From: Epithemia pelagica
Taxonomy: Eukaryota > Protista > Bacillariophyta
DNA length: 64,000 bases
Direction of reading: 5' to 3'
Assembly: GCA_946965045.2 (NCBI GenBank)
Contig: OX337238.1
Location: 2,046,001-2,110,000, forward strand
Shown here: positions 25,934 through 37,245 of the stretch, one piece after another
Position numbering within the stretch: position 1 is the stretch's first letter
Layout: each line of letters opens with the position of its first letter
Position numbers and translations under genes: made by a program
Notes under the pieces: model-generated
The model's database searches: none
What the model was told of the DNA's origin: nothing
What the model saw: only the letters and a program-made list of their open reading frames with translations

Positions 25934-27640
25934 TTATTCCTCCTTGAGTTTCGTGTCGTCTCCTGGTTCTGTCGGTATGACCGTTTCGGGTTGTGTCGTC
26001 ACAGGTTCTCCATTGTCGTCTGGAGGTGTTACTGCTTCAGTTTCGATTGGAACAGTACCATCCATGGATGTTGTTGTTGTTGTTGTGGATCCTGTACTCT
26101 CTACAGCGGACAATAGTGGTGAAAGAACCTCGGGGACGGACGAGGCCACAGTAGTAGCAGCTTGTTGTTGTTGTTGTTTGTCCATGAGAGATGCTCCATA
26201 GCCTTCCAAGGTGGGTGTACACGCCATGGTCAAACTCACGACCGTCAGCAAGAGTTTGGTGGTGCGTTCATCCAAAATGCCGTAGGACCGGGCCGTACGA
26301 AAGGCGACAAAGGCAAATTCTCCTCCCTGTGACAACACCAGACCCAACCGACGACTGGTGGCCACGTCCAACCCTCCAAGTTTTTGCCCCACAGCACTGG
26401 CAATGGCAGTTTTGAGAATCAACAGACCACCCACCAACAAGGTGACCAAACCAAAGTTGGAGAAAATCAATTTCAGGTCCATTTCAAAGCCAACGGTAAA
26501 AAAGAACAAGCCTACCAAAATGCCTCGAATCGGTGAGGCTTCTTGTTCAATGTGATGGACATGAGGATTTTCGGCCAACAAGACGCCGGCCAAAAAGGGT
26601 CCCAACGTATTGCTCAGCCCCAAGCCTTCCGTGAAAAAGGACATTCCGAGTACATTGAGAAGGATCAATCCTACCAAGGCTTCTTGCGACTGTGCTTTCG
26701 CAACCCAATCGTAAACAGGCGTTACAGCATACTTGCCCACCAAGCCAATGCCAGCCAAGGCAATGGTCAATTGCAGAAGGGCCGATACCAACGCTTTGCC
26801 AATGCCTCCCCCTGTACCAGCCAAGAGGGGTGTCACGACAAGCAAGGGGACGACCATCAAATCCTGAAGGAGCAAGACACCAAAGGAGGATTCTCCATAG
26901 ACGGTACCCAATTGTTTCTTGTCCTTGAGCAATTGCAAGACAAAGGCCGAACTGGACAAGGCCAAACCGCCTCCCAAAATGGTGGCCGCCGCAGGAGACA
27001 TGCCAAAGACGGTAGCCGCCAAGACAGCCACTACAACCGCCGTAATGGCAAATTGACTCCCTCCCAACCCAAAGACAGTCTTTCGCATTCTCATGAGTGT
27101 AGGAATACTCAAATGAATTCCCATTTCAAACAAAAACAAGACAATACCCAGGTCGGCCAAGACTTCTGTCTGATGTACGTTGTGAATGAGTCCCAATCCA
27201 TTGGGACCAAACAAAATGCCCCAAAACAAAAAGCCCAAAATGGGAGACAGGCCCACTGCTTGACACAGGGGTGTGTTCAAGGCTGTTGTCGCCAACAAGA
27301 CGAGTGCATCTCCTTTGGGACCATTGGCGATTGAAGATATCAATCCTTGCAAGACGGACACAATCAGATTGCTGCTCTCCGTCGTCCCCAAAGCTTCAGT
27401 TCCAAGCGTTTCAGCCGCGGCAGCAGCTGTCTCCAAGACTGCGTCTCCTCCGCGAGGAATCTTCCACACCACCGATGAGTCATGGATTGTATTCGTTTGG
27501 TGGTGAAATGTATTGTAATTCTTCCCACTATGATAATTCGAAGGAAGCTTTCTTCCCCAAGTCCGAGGTGATTTTCCATGAATACTTTCGATGCAAAGCA
27601 GTAGTACTAGCACCGTCGTTACCAGAGTTCGGAATGGCAT
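25934..27640 (-). CDS. CPA2-family K+/H+ antiporter (KEA-like), N-terminal signal/transit region, no RCK/KTN domain
   Basis: ADLGIVLFLFEMGIHLS, GGGLALSSSAFVLQLL, LLLQDL, LGPFLAGVLLAE, LSQGGEFAFV. Likely ATG at 27640 (MPFRTLVTTVLVLLLC). Confidence 0.9.
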   Translation of the reverse strand: MPFRTLVTTVLVLLLCIESIHGKSPRTWGRKLPSNYHSGKNYNTFHHQTNTIHDSSVVWKIPRGGDAVLETAAAAAETLGTEALGTTESSNLIVSVLQGLISSIANGPKGDALVLLATTALNTPLCQAVGLSPILGFLFWGILFGPNGLGLIHNVHQTEVLADLGIVLFLFEMGIHLSIPTLMRMRKTVFGLGGSQFAITAVVVAVLAATVFGMSPAAATILGGGLALSSSAFVLQLLKDKKQLGTVYGESSFGVLLLQDLMVVPLLVVTPLLAGTGGGIGKALVSALLQLTIALAGIGLVGKYAVTPVYDWVAKAQSQEALVGLILLNVLGMSFFTEGLGLSNTLGPFLAGVLLAENPHVHHIEQEASPIRGILVGLFFFTVGFEMDLKLIFSNFGLVTLLVGGLLILKTAIASAVGQKLGGLDVATSRRLGLVLSQGGEFAFVAFRTARSYGILDERTTKLLLTVVSLTMACTPTLEGYGASLMDKQQQQQAATTVASSVPEVLSPLLSAVESTGSTTTTTTSMDGTVPIETEAVTPPDDNGEPVTTQPETVIPTEPGDDTKLKEE

Positions 27641-27884
27641 CCAATTACCACGAGAGTGTGCCGATGTGGTGCTCATGGCATTCGTATCAATCCTTCTTTG
27701 TTGTGCCATGGTTTCTGGTTTCCACTCTGTGCGTGACACGCCAAAAAATGTGCGCGTGTGACACTTGTCAAAGATACCGGATGTGTCCGTGCGTCATCGG
27801 CATATAGACACGTGGAAGGTGCAGAGCAAAAGATCGCAGATCGCAAGTCTGCAACCCCTCCGCCGCATCAGTGTTTGAGGGACC

Positions 27885-28655
27885 ATGACACTGAACAGCC
27901 GCGCTTCCCTTGTCTTTTTCTTGTGGCATTTCCTGCTTGGAAGTGCCCAAGCACAACGCTTTCTCCGAGATGGTTTCACAAGCAAATTAGATGAAGAGTT
28001 CAAGTACGAAGCTGGTTTGGACAACAATCCCAACAGCCCCGTGGGCATGCCCCGCGAAATGTTTGTCTTGACGGAATTGGATTTGGAAGTCTCACCTCCC
28101 ACCAATTTGACCATTCCTAGCAATCGAGCCTTGACGCGTCATTTACACAAACATTTGGATCAGCCCTTGAAATTGCAACTCGAACAACGCAAGGGTGGGA
28201 TTGGTTATCGCGCCTTTGGCGTGTTGCCCAATGGCAAACGGTTGCGGGGTTCCTGGCGTCGGGGTGAAGCACCGCAAAAATTACTCAATTCCGATTTTTT
28301 GACCGTCTCCTACGATGAAGCCGTCCGATCGCGATTGCTCTTTTTGGAAATCGAAATGGCCCTCCCGCGATTGTCCAAACGACAACAACAACAACAAGCC
28401 AGCAAAGCAAGACGACCACCTCGTGTCCTGTATCAATTGGCAGTCGAGGGAGGAGTCATGATTCCCAAGGCGGTGCTTCCACGAGGGGATGCGGCCGTTC
28501 AAGTCTTGTATTCGGATGCCAAGGATTCCACCGAACCCCTGGCTCCACCCACGGCCGCCAAACTGGGATTGCGCATGAAACCTGGCCTGGTCGATCCTGG
28601 TTGGGCTCGAGGAAGGACAATTTTACGAAAAGGACGGTCTGCCGGAGTTATATAG
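27885..28655 (+). CDS. Hypothetical protein with signal peptide
   Basis: 256-aa ORF with a hydrophobic N-terminus (LVFFLWHFLLGSAQA); no family recognised. Confidence 0.55.
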   Translation: MTLNSRASLVFFLWHFLLGSAQAQRFLRDGFTSKLDEEFKYEAGLDNNPNSPVGMPREMFVLTELDLEVSPPTNLTIPSNRALTRHLHKHLDQPLKLQLEQRKGGIGYRAFGVLPNGKRLRGSWRRGEAPQKLLNSDFLTVSYDEAVRSRLLFLEIEMALPRLSKRQQQQQASKARRPPRVLYQLAVEGGVMIPKAVLPRGDAAVQVLYSDAKDSTEPLAPPTAAKLGLRMKPGLVDPGWARGRTILRKGRSAGVI

Positions 28656-28881
28656 TCACCCGTATCATTCCTTAGGAACAATCGATAGTTGTTGCATGAA
28701 CTTCTCCTACTCCTAGGAGTACCTAAGAGTACTCTTTTCTCCCACTCCTATTATTCGCTTTTGCTCACATAGCTCTGATAGCGCCCTGAAGTGTGGTACA
28801 CTGCCCGGGGGCGTAGGCCAAAAGATACCTTCCGCCATTGGCATTTTCGTCTGAAAATTCTCCGTCAGCGAAAGAGCCACC

Positions 28882-30360
28882 ATGGTTTTGAGAACTTTTC
28901 CAATGGTCATGAAGCTACTTCTTCTGGTGAGCTCAGTTCATCCGTTTTGCTCGCTCGTGGCGGCCTTTTCCATTGGACGGCCCAGAACCACACACGGTCG
29001 ACAGTTTGCCTTCACCCAATCGACATCGACGACATTATGGCCGACGAGAGGGACAACGAGTCGGCCACTTGTGGTGGTACAATCCTCGATTCCTTCATGG
29101 TCGGAATTGGAAGACGAATTGGGGGACAGTTATCGTGCTCCCACTCCTCGCGTGATTGATTCAGTCTTGCAACCAGAATCACCTACCTTTTCTACCAGTC
29201 ATCCCACCTTGTTTCGAGAACGACATGGATGGTGTCCCTACAGTGAACGAGTTTGGTTGACCTTGGAATTGTTGGAGACTCCCTACGATACCATCCTCAT
29301 TGACAATACTGGCGGACCACGTCCCAGCTATTATTCCGGTGGACAAACACCCCAAATTCAATGGCCTGACGAGGGCGGTCGACGACAGGGAGAATCCTTG
29401 GATTTGGTCCAACGACTCGACCAAGACTATTCGTCGTCCACTCCACATGTATTACAGTCCAACCAAGATCATGTTCAGCATGTCATGAATCAATTTCGGT
29501 CCATTTTTCCATCGCGCGCTCGACCATCCTCTCGTGCCGCCTTTCTCTTTCAGGGCAATGGGGAACCCCTGTTTCGGTCCACTTTTGAACAAACCCTGGA
29601 AAAGACCAATCAACTCTTGTCCGAATCGTCCGGTCCCTTTTTGACCGGATCGACCCTGACAGCAGCCGATATTGCCTGGGTCCCCTTTTTGGAACGCTAT
29701 CGGTATCAATTGCCCATTCTTCACCAAGGCTTGTGTCCATATGACCCGCAGGTCTATCCTCACTTGTGTGCCTGGTACCAGGCCATGGATCAACTCCCCG
29801 CCTACGCGTGTCAAGTCAAGGGCAATGCGTCCAGTTGGAGAAAAGTGTTGCTCATGGCAGGATTTGGCAATGCGGGCATGGTACCCCCACAGATTACCCA
29901 AAATGTACAAGACCAAGAACACGCCGAACAACAGAAACTAGACCATCCATGGACTTCCAGTACTAGTAGTACGAGTACTACTACAGACATGGCACTGTGG
30001 CAAGCCTATGCCTCGACACGACCGCATGTGGCAGTGACACCTCGAGCGCACGTGGCGCAAATTATTTGTCGGAATCGTCACGCCCTGGTCACGGATACCT
30101 TGAAGCAACAAGCACGAGGCAATACGAATAGCGATGCCGTACCCTCTACGGAGGACGACCTGGATGAAACACTCCGCGAGTTGGTCCAAGTCTTGCTCGA
30201 TGAGGACGAAGATGGTAGTACCTTGACCAATCACAGTCGATTGACAGTCGGAGCCATGGCATCGTTCTTGTTGCATCGCATGTGCGTCCCACGAGACATG
30301 GGAGCCGTGCCCGCAGCCTCCCTCCAACAGGTGGCCTGGCAACTTCAAACGTACAACTAG
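28882..30360 (+). CDS. Glutathione S-transferase-like protein (CPYS active site), probably plastid-targeted
   Basis: ERHGWCPYSERVWLTLE, GESLDLV and GPFLTGSTLTAADIAWVPFLER; signal peptide followed by an AAF motif. Confidence 0.85.
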   Translation: MVLRTFPMVMKLLLLVSSVHPFCSLVAAFSIGRPRTTHGRQFAFTQSTSTTLWPTRGTTSRPLVVVQSSIPSWSELEDELGDSYRAPTPRVIDSVLQPESPTFSTSHPTLFRERHGWCPYSERVWLTLELLETPYDTILIDNTGGPRPSYYSGGQTPQIQWPDEGGRRQGESLDLVQRLDQDYSSSTPHVLQSNQDHVQHVMNQFRSIFPSRARPSSRAAFLFQGNGEPLFRSTFEQTLEKTNQLLSESSGPFLTGSTLTAADIAWVPFLERYRYQLPILHQGLCPYDPQVYPHLCAWYQAMDQLPAYACQVKGNASSWRKVLLMAGFGNAGMVPPQITQNVQDQEHAEQQKLDHPWTSSTSSTSTTTDMALWQAYASTRPHVAVTPRAHVAQIICRNRHALVTDTLKQQARGNTNSDAVPSTEDDLDETLRELVQVLLDEDEDGSTLTNHSRLTVGAMASFLLHRMCVPRDMGAVPAASLQQVAWQLQTYN

Positions 30361-30381
30361 AGAGAGAGAGAGAGAGAGAGA
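30360..30381. repeat. (GA)n microsatellite directly after the GST stop codon
   Basis: About 11 GA units. Confidence 0.9.
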
Positions 30382-30782
30382 GATGAGTTGCACTCGCAAG
30401 GCATGTGTAGGGTATGGAATCGAATCGTCCCTTTCTCTCTCGGCCCAGTTCTCCGAATCTTTTTGTGATGAAATTGTAAAGGTATGGTCAAGACCCTTTA
30501 CAGAAAAGGATGACATACCCAAACTATATAAAGTCTACCTTACAGTCAGATCCGAAATGGAGTCAACTGTCTGATTTGCCCGAGCATACTCCAAGGGAGT
30601 TGGAGTAGCTATTTGAACGAACATACTCCTAGAGGACTGCTAAGGCTACTCTTAGCACATCATGGCATAAAAAGGGGGCTAGCAAAAAGTGCAGCTTACG
30701 TTGCCCGTCTTTGTCGCCTGTCTGTCGCAGTTGCGGTCAAAGAACCAAAGAAAACGTCGAATTCGGATGTTTAGCGTCCACC

Positions 30783-33422
30783 ATGGCGGCGGTGGTTGCG
30801 ACTCGAACTCATTCTTTGTCTCATGTGGGGAACAGATTCGGATTGATTTGTTGGATTGTAATTGTTGCAGTCGTTGTTGTGGTTGATTCCTTTGCTGTGG
30901 TCACCAAATTGCCGAGGTTCGCCAGCACCCGAAGAAGCAACGTGTTGTTGTTGCGGCACGGGTTTTTGTCAAGGCACAAATCCAAAGAAGAGGATCCCAC
31001 AGTGGTGGTGGTCGATCCAATCCCTGAATCGAACCAACAAGACGAGTCTTCCGTAAATAGTACCATTAACGGGGCACTGGAACGACCTCACAACAAGAAT
31101 GACGACAACAAACTGGAACAGCACCACAACACAACGACACCGAGACGAATGGTACGGGTTATTCCTCCTCCCTATTCGCTTGGATTGCAATCCTATCATT
31201 CCACCTCGAACGAATCGAATTCGCGGGTCTCAAATCTTCAGGAGCGACAACAACAACAACGTCCAATGGTGACATATTTCTCGGACGACTTTCTCCAAAC
31301 ACCCTACACGCTCAAACTGCAATCCAACAACCAAATTGTCGCTCAGCGTAGTACCCCTCAACCACAAGGCAGCATCAACAACAAAACCTCTACGCCAAAC
31401 GACAGTAATCAAGTCGACGGATTGATGGAAACTCGAGTCGTTCGGTTCTCGGTCCGGCCCGAGGACCATGCCTCGTCCAACACACGGTTTCCTACCGTTC
31501 TGCTGGATCCGACCAATGTTTCTTCTACCACAACCACTGCGATATCCAAGCAGGAAGAAGACTTTACTTTACCCATTCCCTTTGCTCCTCCCAATCGCGT
31601 TCCTCCCGTTTCCTTGGCCGAAAATATATTTTTCCAATTGGCACCCACCTTGGTCAATGTATCGGCTCCCTTGGTGGCTGCCGCCTGGAATACATCCACC
31701 ATGGTCTCGTCGTCCATCCCCGTCAATGTCACCTCCATGACACCTGCTGCCTTTACCAACTTCAATGTCAATGCCACGGCCAGTCTCGCTGAAAGCTTGG
31801 CCGAAAGTCTCTTGCAGTTTATGGAAGAAGCAGTCCAACAACCAAGCAATGAAATTATGAATTTGACCGCCCGTCTGGGAAGTCAAGCCGCGTCCCAAGT
31901 GGGATCTTCCTTGGCTACAACAGTGACTGCCTTGAACGTGAGTGTCATGGATCCCAAACAACAGCAACAAACAGCTTCCACTAGTTCTACGACGACAATA
32001 CCTGTCCTCAAACCCATGTTTTCCGTCTCCTCCAGTCCCTGGAAAACCTTTTATGTCAATCGAACAAGCAAACCAGTACGACCCGGTCTTCCTCCTTCTT
32101 CGTCTTTGGCGGCAGGTCCACTCTTGGCTGCAAGAGGAAAGAATTTGACGGAAGCCTTGACCTTGGAAGATTTGGAATTTATTTTGCAAGCCAATGGATA
32201 TGTCAAACAATCCGATTTACCAGCACTCACCGCGTCCAGTGGCAGTGAGTCTCCCAGGATCGCTCTAGGAGGACTTACTTCTGGTCTCGAGGGCGTGGGT
32301 CAACCCGTTTCCTCACAGAAACATGCCCTTCAGGGCAACCAAAAGGAAACGGTGGCCTTTCCGCAGCCATCGGTGTTGAGCTATGAAAGTCTGAAATGGG
32401 GCACAACCATTTCTTCGGGATTCCTGATTATGATTGCATCGATTGCCATTGCTCCCAACCTATGGCTCGTCGGTATGCTGGGTGGAGCCTTTTATGGATA
32501 TGACATGGCCAAACAACTGCCCGTCCGAATGCCCAAGTCCCTCTTTCCACGCATCTTGGTGCGAGTGGGCTCTCGTTGCTCGAGAACCTTTTTGCAAGCC
32601 TACGACTTTGTCATTGCTCTAGTCTTTATGTGGAAGACAGGAGTCTTATCGTACGAATATTGGAAGCAATACGCCACGTTGGACAAACGATTTGGCATTC
32701 AAGATAAGGTGGATGCCTGGAATGCCCGGTTCATTGAAGGCAAGCAAAATTTTGACAAATGGGAAAAAGAAAATGAAGTGGGTCACAAGGTCCTGGCAAC
32801 CTTACGAACAGTCTGGCTGGTGGAAGAACGTAGTTTGAAAAAGGGCATGATGAAAATGCGACGGGGACAATCCCGATATCGAGTCATTCAGATCCTCTAT
32901 GACTGTGCCTACCAAGTGGGAAAGTTTATTGGTTCCTTGGTCAAGTTGGTGACGGGAGAGAGTATTGAATGGACCGAATTTTGGCGAGGCCTCCGAGTCG
33001 AATGGACCCAAGCCCGTCGTGCGGGAGGGATAGGTACTCGCGTGGGAGCTGTCGTGGCGGCCGTTGTGGCTGTGCAATTGATGGGAGCCTTGTTTACTCT
33101 GTCCTCGACACTGCTGGTTGTTTTGGCGGCTGTGACGAGTCTCATTTGGCCCACGTGGGTGACGGATGGAGTAGATCGATGGAATAGGTTTTTGCAAGAG
33201 ACTCGTGCCTTGGGACGAGAACAAGACGGAACAACGTCCTCCATGAGTACAAGGACGCGGCAGAAACCACCTCAACGAAGAAATGTGGATAAGAGAAACT
33301 TTCATTTTTATATTCGTGACGATGGAACCAAACGATATTACCGCAAAGGCAAACCTATTTGGCCTTGGTTGAGACCGAAAAAAGAGGAGAAGGAAAAGTT
33401 TGGATTTCTTGGGCTTAAGTGA
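30783..33422 (+). CDS. Hypothetical membrane protein, probably plastid-targeted
   Basis: Long ORF from ATG 30783; hydrophobic signal followed by DSF-AV; low-complexity middle; C-terminal hydrophobic segments. Confidence 0.65.
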   Translation: MAAVVATRTHSLSHVGNRFGLICWIVIVAVVVVVDSFAVVTKLPRFASTRRSNVLLLRHGFLSRHKSKEEDPTVVVVDPIPESNQQDESSVNSTINGALERPHNKNDDNKLEQHHNTTTPRRMVRVIPPPYSLGLQSYHSTSNESNSRVSNLQERQQQQRPMVTYFSDDFLQTPYTLKLQSNNQIVAQRSTPQPQGSINNKTSTPNDSNQVDGLMETRVVRFSVRPEDHASSNTRFPTVLLDPTNVSSTTTTAISKQEEDFTLPIPFAPPNRVPPVSLAENIFFQLAPTLVNVSAPLVAAAWNTSTMVSSSIPVNVTSMTPAAFTNFNVNATASLAESLAESLLQFMEEAVQQPSNEIMNLTARLGSQAASQVGSSLATTVTALNVSVMDPKQQQQTASTSSTTTIPVLKPMFSVSSSPWKTFYVNRTSKPVRPGLPPSSSLAAGPLLAARGKNLTEALTLEDLEFILQANGYVKQSDLPALTASSGSESPRIALGGLTSGLEGVGQPVSSQKHALQGNQKETVAFPQPSVLSYESLKWGTTISSGFLIMIASIAIAPNLWLVGMLGGAFYGYDMAKQLPVRMPKSLFPRILVRVGSRCSRTFLQAYDFVIALVFMWKTGVLSYEYWKQYATLDKRFGIQDKVDAWNARFIEGKQNFDKWEKENEVGHKVLATLRTVWLVEERSLKKGMMKMRRGQSRYRVIQILYDCAYQVGKFIGSLVKLVTGESIEWTEFWRGLRVEWTQARRAGGIGTRVGAVVAAVVAVQLMGALFTLSSTLLVVLAAVTSLIWPTWVTDGVDRWNRFLQETRALGREQDGTTSSMSTRTRQKPPQRRNVDKRNFHFYIRDDGTKRYYRKGKPIWPWLRPKKEEKEKFGFLGLK

Positions 33423-33647
33423 ATCAAAAACCAGTAACTGCCGTTGGGAAGCAGTGGGAGAAGAAATACTTGTGATCCTGAGAAACGGACGCCCGCCCGA
33501 AACCTTCAGTGCCACCATCAATTAGAAAATCCTACTGACATCGATGAAATCGCGAGCACAGAAGCTCCACAAGCTCTCCTGGTGCATGGTCTGGCCTATT
33601 GTAGAAGACCGAAGTATGTTGCAGGTTAAACCCATCTCCACTGCACA

Positions 33648-34610
33648 TCACTCTGTAGCTTCGGCATGAAACACCAAGCCTGACTTCTCACAAGATTTGC
33701 GAATAGCTGAAAGCGGAATGCTTATTCCATGTTCTTGATTGCTGCGACCGAGATCTGTCCCACTAATTTCAATCGCCATTGTTTCTGCCTCTTCGCTACC
33801 AACGCGGTATTCTAGGATTGGGTCAGGAGGAGTCGTTGTTTCACCGGAACGAAAGCGGTACACGTCAAAGCCAGATAGGGGCACATTACGATCCAGGACT
33901 GTTGGAAATTTTGCTCCTTCTGCGGGCTAAGCCTTGATGAGGAATCCAACCCTGACAACCCCCAGAGCATGGATGTGACCCGCAACCTGCTCCTGTAACT
34001 TCCAAATTTCAGTTTCAATCTTATTTGTCCAACTGAATTCAATGATGGCATGCGCATTCATCGAATTCTCGCCAGGAAATCCATCAATTGGAATGTATTT
34101 TCGATCGAATTCTCCATCCTCGGCTTCCAGGCGACTTTGCCCCCATATGGCCACATCAGGGTGTCTGTATTTTCCCTTCGTCTTGTCGATCAAGAGAGGA
34201 ATGTCTGCCTGAGCGAGCAGAGGATCCTCCTGGTCGCTGTGCTTGTTTATGATTCTGAGGAGCTTCTGCAGCGCGTCTTGGTGAAATACAGTTGGCCTCG
34301 CCCAGACCGCCTTCCCCTCTTGGTTAATTACAATGACCTTGTCCGAATCCAAAAGCGAATGCTTCTTGAGGTCTTCGAAAAGTTCGTCTTCCGCTGCAGC
34401 AATATCGGACGGATATGTCTTACTCTTTATTTCCTCTGGCATACCTTCCTGCTGTTCCTCGAGTGTTGGAGTCGTCGTCGCCCCTAGTTCGTTCGATCCT
34501 GTGGAAAACATGCTGTTGCTCTCCGCAGGTAAATCCGTTCCACCGCTATCGTGTGACTGCGGCGAGTCGTCCTCTGTGACCTTACTTTTCCCCGTTTGCT
34601 GTACAATCAT
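33648..34610 (-). pseudogene. PD-(D/E)xK (Uma2/Crinkler-REase-like) nuclease gene with one in-frame TAG
   Basis: YRHPDVAIWG...AIIEFSWTNK motif. ORF 33648..33884 continues in the same frame after TAG at 33927-33929. Confidence 0.6.
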
Positions 34611-35154
34611 TGAGCAGTCTTATGGTGGTACCCTGGGAGTAGTAGGAGAAGGATATCTCTCTATTCTTTAGACGAGTTCGTCAATGTTGAGCTAATGTTG
34701 AAGTCGATACAACACAAGGGTATAGGAAGGCTTTTTTTGTTTGTTTCTCATGTAAATCTGTGTTATGGTTGCTATTCTGGTTTATTCACCCCCAGCGGGA
34801 GCGAGAGGAATTCAGATTGTTAGCATGGACCATATTCTAGCTAGGAATGTCCTCAACAAAAAATCTCCCCCCGCTGGGGAATAGGTTTTTCTGCAGAGCG
34901 GCATCGGGCACTTCGGACGACGTACGGATGGAGCATGGATCTTCGGTTGGACTTTGGCACGGATTTTCATTTCAGCGACGCGAGAGAAGATTTGGAGAGA
35001 GACATACGTTGCCAGCAACATGTTGTGGAGGAGCTGCTATCGTGGTCTTCTTTCAAGGAACGACACTACAACATCCTGACGGCATCGGCAAGTTCAAGAA
35101 TTATCCAGTCAAGCGAGATCCAGAATTTATGCATTCAAGAAGCATACAGTAAGC

Positions 35155-36516
35155 ATGGGTTCCCAACAGTCTCCGCCATCACGCTTCCAACAACAACAGC
35201 GACGACAACAACAACAACAACCTGCACCAGCTAAACCACTATTCCATTCACGTTTGTCCAAGAGGCCCAGTCGTCGACGGTTGCTTCACCACCGATCCCA
35301 ATCATCCTCCATCAGGTTGGTGTGTGGGCGTCGATTGGTACCCCTCTTCCTCGTGTGTAGTACTTGTGTGGTACTCCTGTTGCCGTGGTTTGTTCCAGTG
35401 GTTTCTCGACAGCTCACGTCAGTGGTCGATTCCTCGCAGCAACCACCTCCACCACCGCCGTCAAGGATGGATCATGGTCGTAGCAGCTACAACAACAACA
35501 ACATTGTAATTTTGAACATGGGGTTGCCTCGTACAGGATCCATGGCCTTGTATCGGTTTTTGGACTGTCATGGCATTTGTTCCTTTCATTACTGTTGCAA
35601 TGCAATCAACGACCAGGATGATCCACCACGACGCACCGGGTTTCCCTGTCATGACATGGCGACGTCCACAACCGACAACCATCCCAAACATAAGAATACC
35701 CAACCACACACGTGTGGAGAGTGCGTTCATCAAAACTTGATGCGTCAACTACAACAAGACAACACTCCTCACGAGACTCTACCGTATTCACATGCCTTGG
35801 ATGGATGTGGTTTGTGTTCCAGTACTCGAAAGCACAAGAATATTGTGGCCTATTTGCAATTCGATGTGGAATCCTCTGATCCTCCCATGAGTTGGTTTCT
35901 TCCTCAACATTTTGCCTTGCCACTGTTGGCATTCAATCAAAGCAGCAACTATGCAGCAACTCGGCAAATTTGGCTCTTGCCTCGACGTGACAATGCCACA
36001 CTTTGGGCACAATCCGTCTTGCATTGGAGGTCCCTGACGCAACGATTGTTTCATGCCTTTGACTTGCCCTACTACAATTGCCATGACCACAATTCTTCTT
36101 CCTCTACTACTACTACTCACCGCAACAAGGAGGAGGTCTCGATTGGATTGACCGAGCCCTTGTCGCAGGCTCAAGCCTTTCAAGCATTGAGTCAATCGAT
36201 TGTCCGGGAAACTGCGACACACGACTGGGACCATCGATTGTCCCTCTTGTCGACTGCCGTCTACCAGACGCATTTGGATCGAGTCCGATCCTTTGTCCAG
36301 CAATACAATAGTAATGCGGCCACCAATCCAATTCACTTGGTAGAAGTCAATGTGGATGATCCAAAGGCCGGTCAAGTTTTGAGTCGTGCCTTGTCCAAAT
36401 TTCTTTTCTGGGACGATCCAGGCAATCTTGCACCCTCTTGGAAGGCTTCTTGTTGGAATTTGAATGCTATGGTGGAATTGGATGGTGATTGGAAAAACTT
36501 TTCCTTGCCTTTTTGA
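35155..36516 (+). CDS. Type II membrane sulfotransferase-like P-loop protein
   Basis: N-terminal TM segment, then ILNMGLPRTGSMAL (PAPS-binding loop-like). Confidence 0.6.
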   Translation: MGSQQSPPSRFQQQQRRQQQQQPAPAKPLFHSRLSKRPSRRRLLHHRSQSSSIRLVCGRRLVPLFLVCSTCVVLLLPWFVPVVSRQLTSVVDSSQQPPPPPPSRMDHGRSSYNNNNIVILNMGLPRTGSMALYRFLDCHGICSFHYCCNAINDQDDPPRRTGFPCHDMATSTTDNHPKHKNTQPHTCGECVHQNLMRQLQQDNTPHETLPYSHALDGCGLCSSTRKHKNIVAYLQFDVESSDPPMSWFLPQHFALPLLAFNQSSNYAATRQIWLLPRRDNATLWAQSVLHWRSLTQRLFHAFDLPYYNCHDHNSSSSTTTTHRNKEEVSIGLTEPLSQAQAFQALSQSIVRETATHDWDHRLSLLSTAVYQTHLDRVRSFVQQYNSNAATNPIHLVEVNVDDPKAGQVLSRALSKFLFWDDPGNLAPSWKASCWNLNAMVELDGDWKNFSLPF

Positions 36517-37245
36517 ATGAACCGACGTACCTGTGTGGGGGAGGACCACGAGGACGACATTTATGACAATGACGGCAACCAGGGGTGCAATGGAGGAATA
36601 CTGCCATGCGTCCAAAGTTCAAAACGACAGTTTGCGCAACTCCGACAAACTCTCCACTGCCACGCTTCCTCCAGGATCGAGAGGAATGAATGGGAAACAC
36701 GGACTCACAAATCGAATCGTAAGTTTCTGCACCACAGAGTATGAATGGATTGGTATGCTTGGCAAGTTTTGGAACTCTATCGACATGTCATCTCTCTCAA
36801 AAGTCGTTGCCACACGATACGCCACAGTTTGCCAATCTACTGCGTAGCATATTTTGTTACTCTCGAAGTACACATCCTTCTAACACATGTTCCAGGAACC
36901 ATAACAAAACAACTCTCTATTACCTAGTTGCAGATATTACTCAATCTAGGTAGTTACAATCGTTTCGTGTCGTTTGATTCAGAATCATCAACTTGCGAGT
37001 CGTTGTACCCGGTTGCTTGCATGGGGTCTTCCATTGTGAAGTCGCGGCTGTTCCAAGCATCCGGCATATCAACAGAAGACAGAGTGGTCGGTTCCGGTTC
37101 CGCCGACAGACCAGGCAATGGGAAATGGGCGCTAGAGTGTGCTTCTGGTGCAATTTGGTGGTAGTCCCACTGCGCAAGAGTGTGACGCGAAATCGAGCGA
37201 CGCCACGACGTTCGTTCGTTGGGTTGGTTCTGTTCTAGCACTTAC

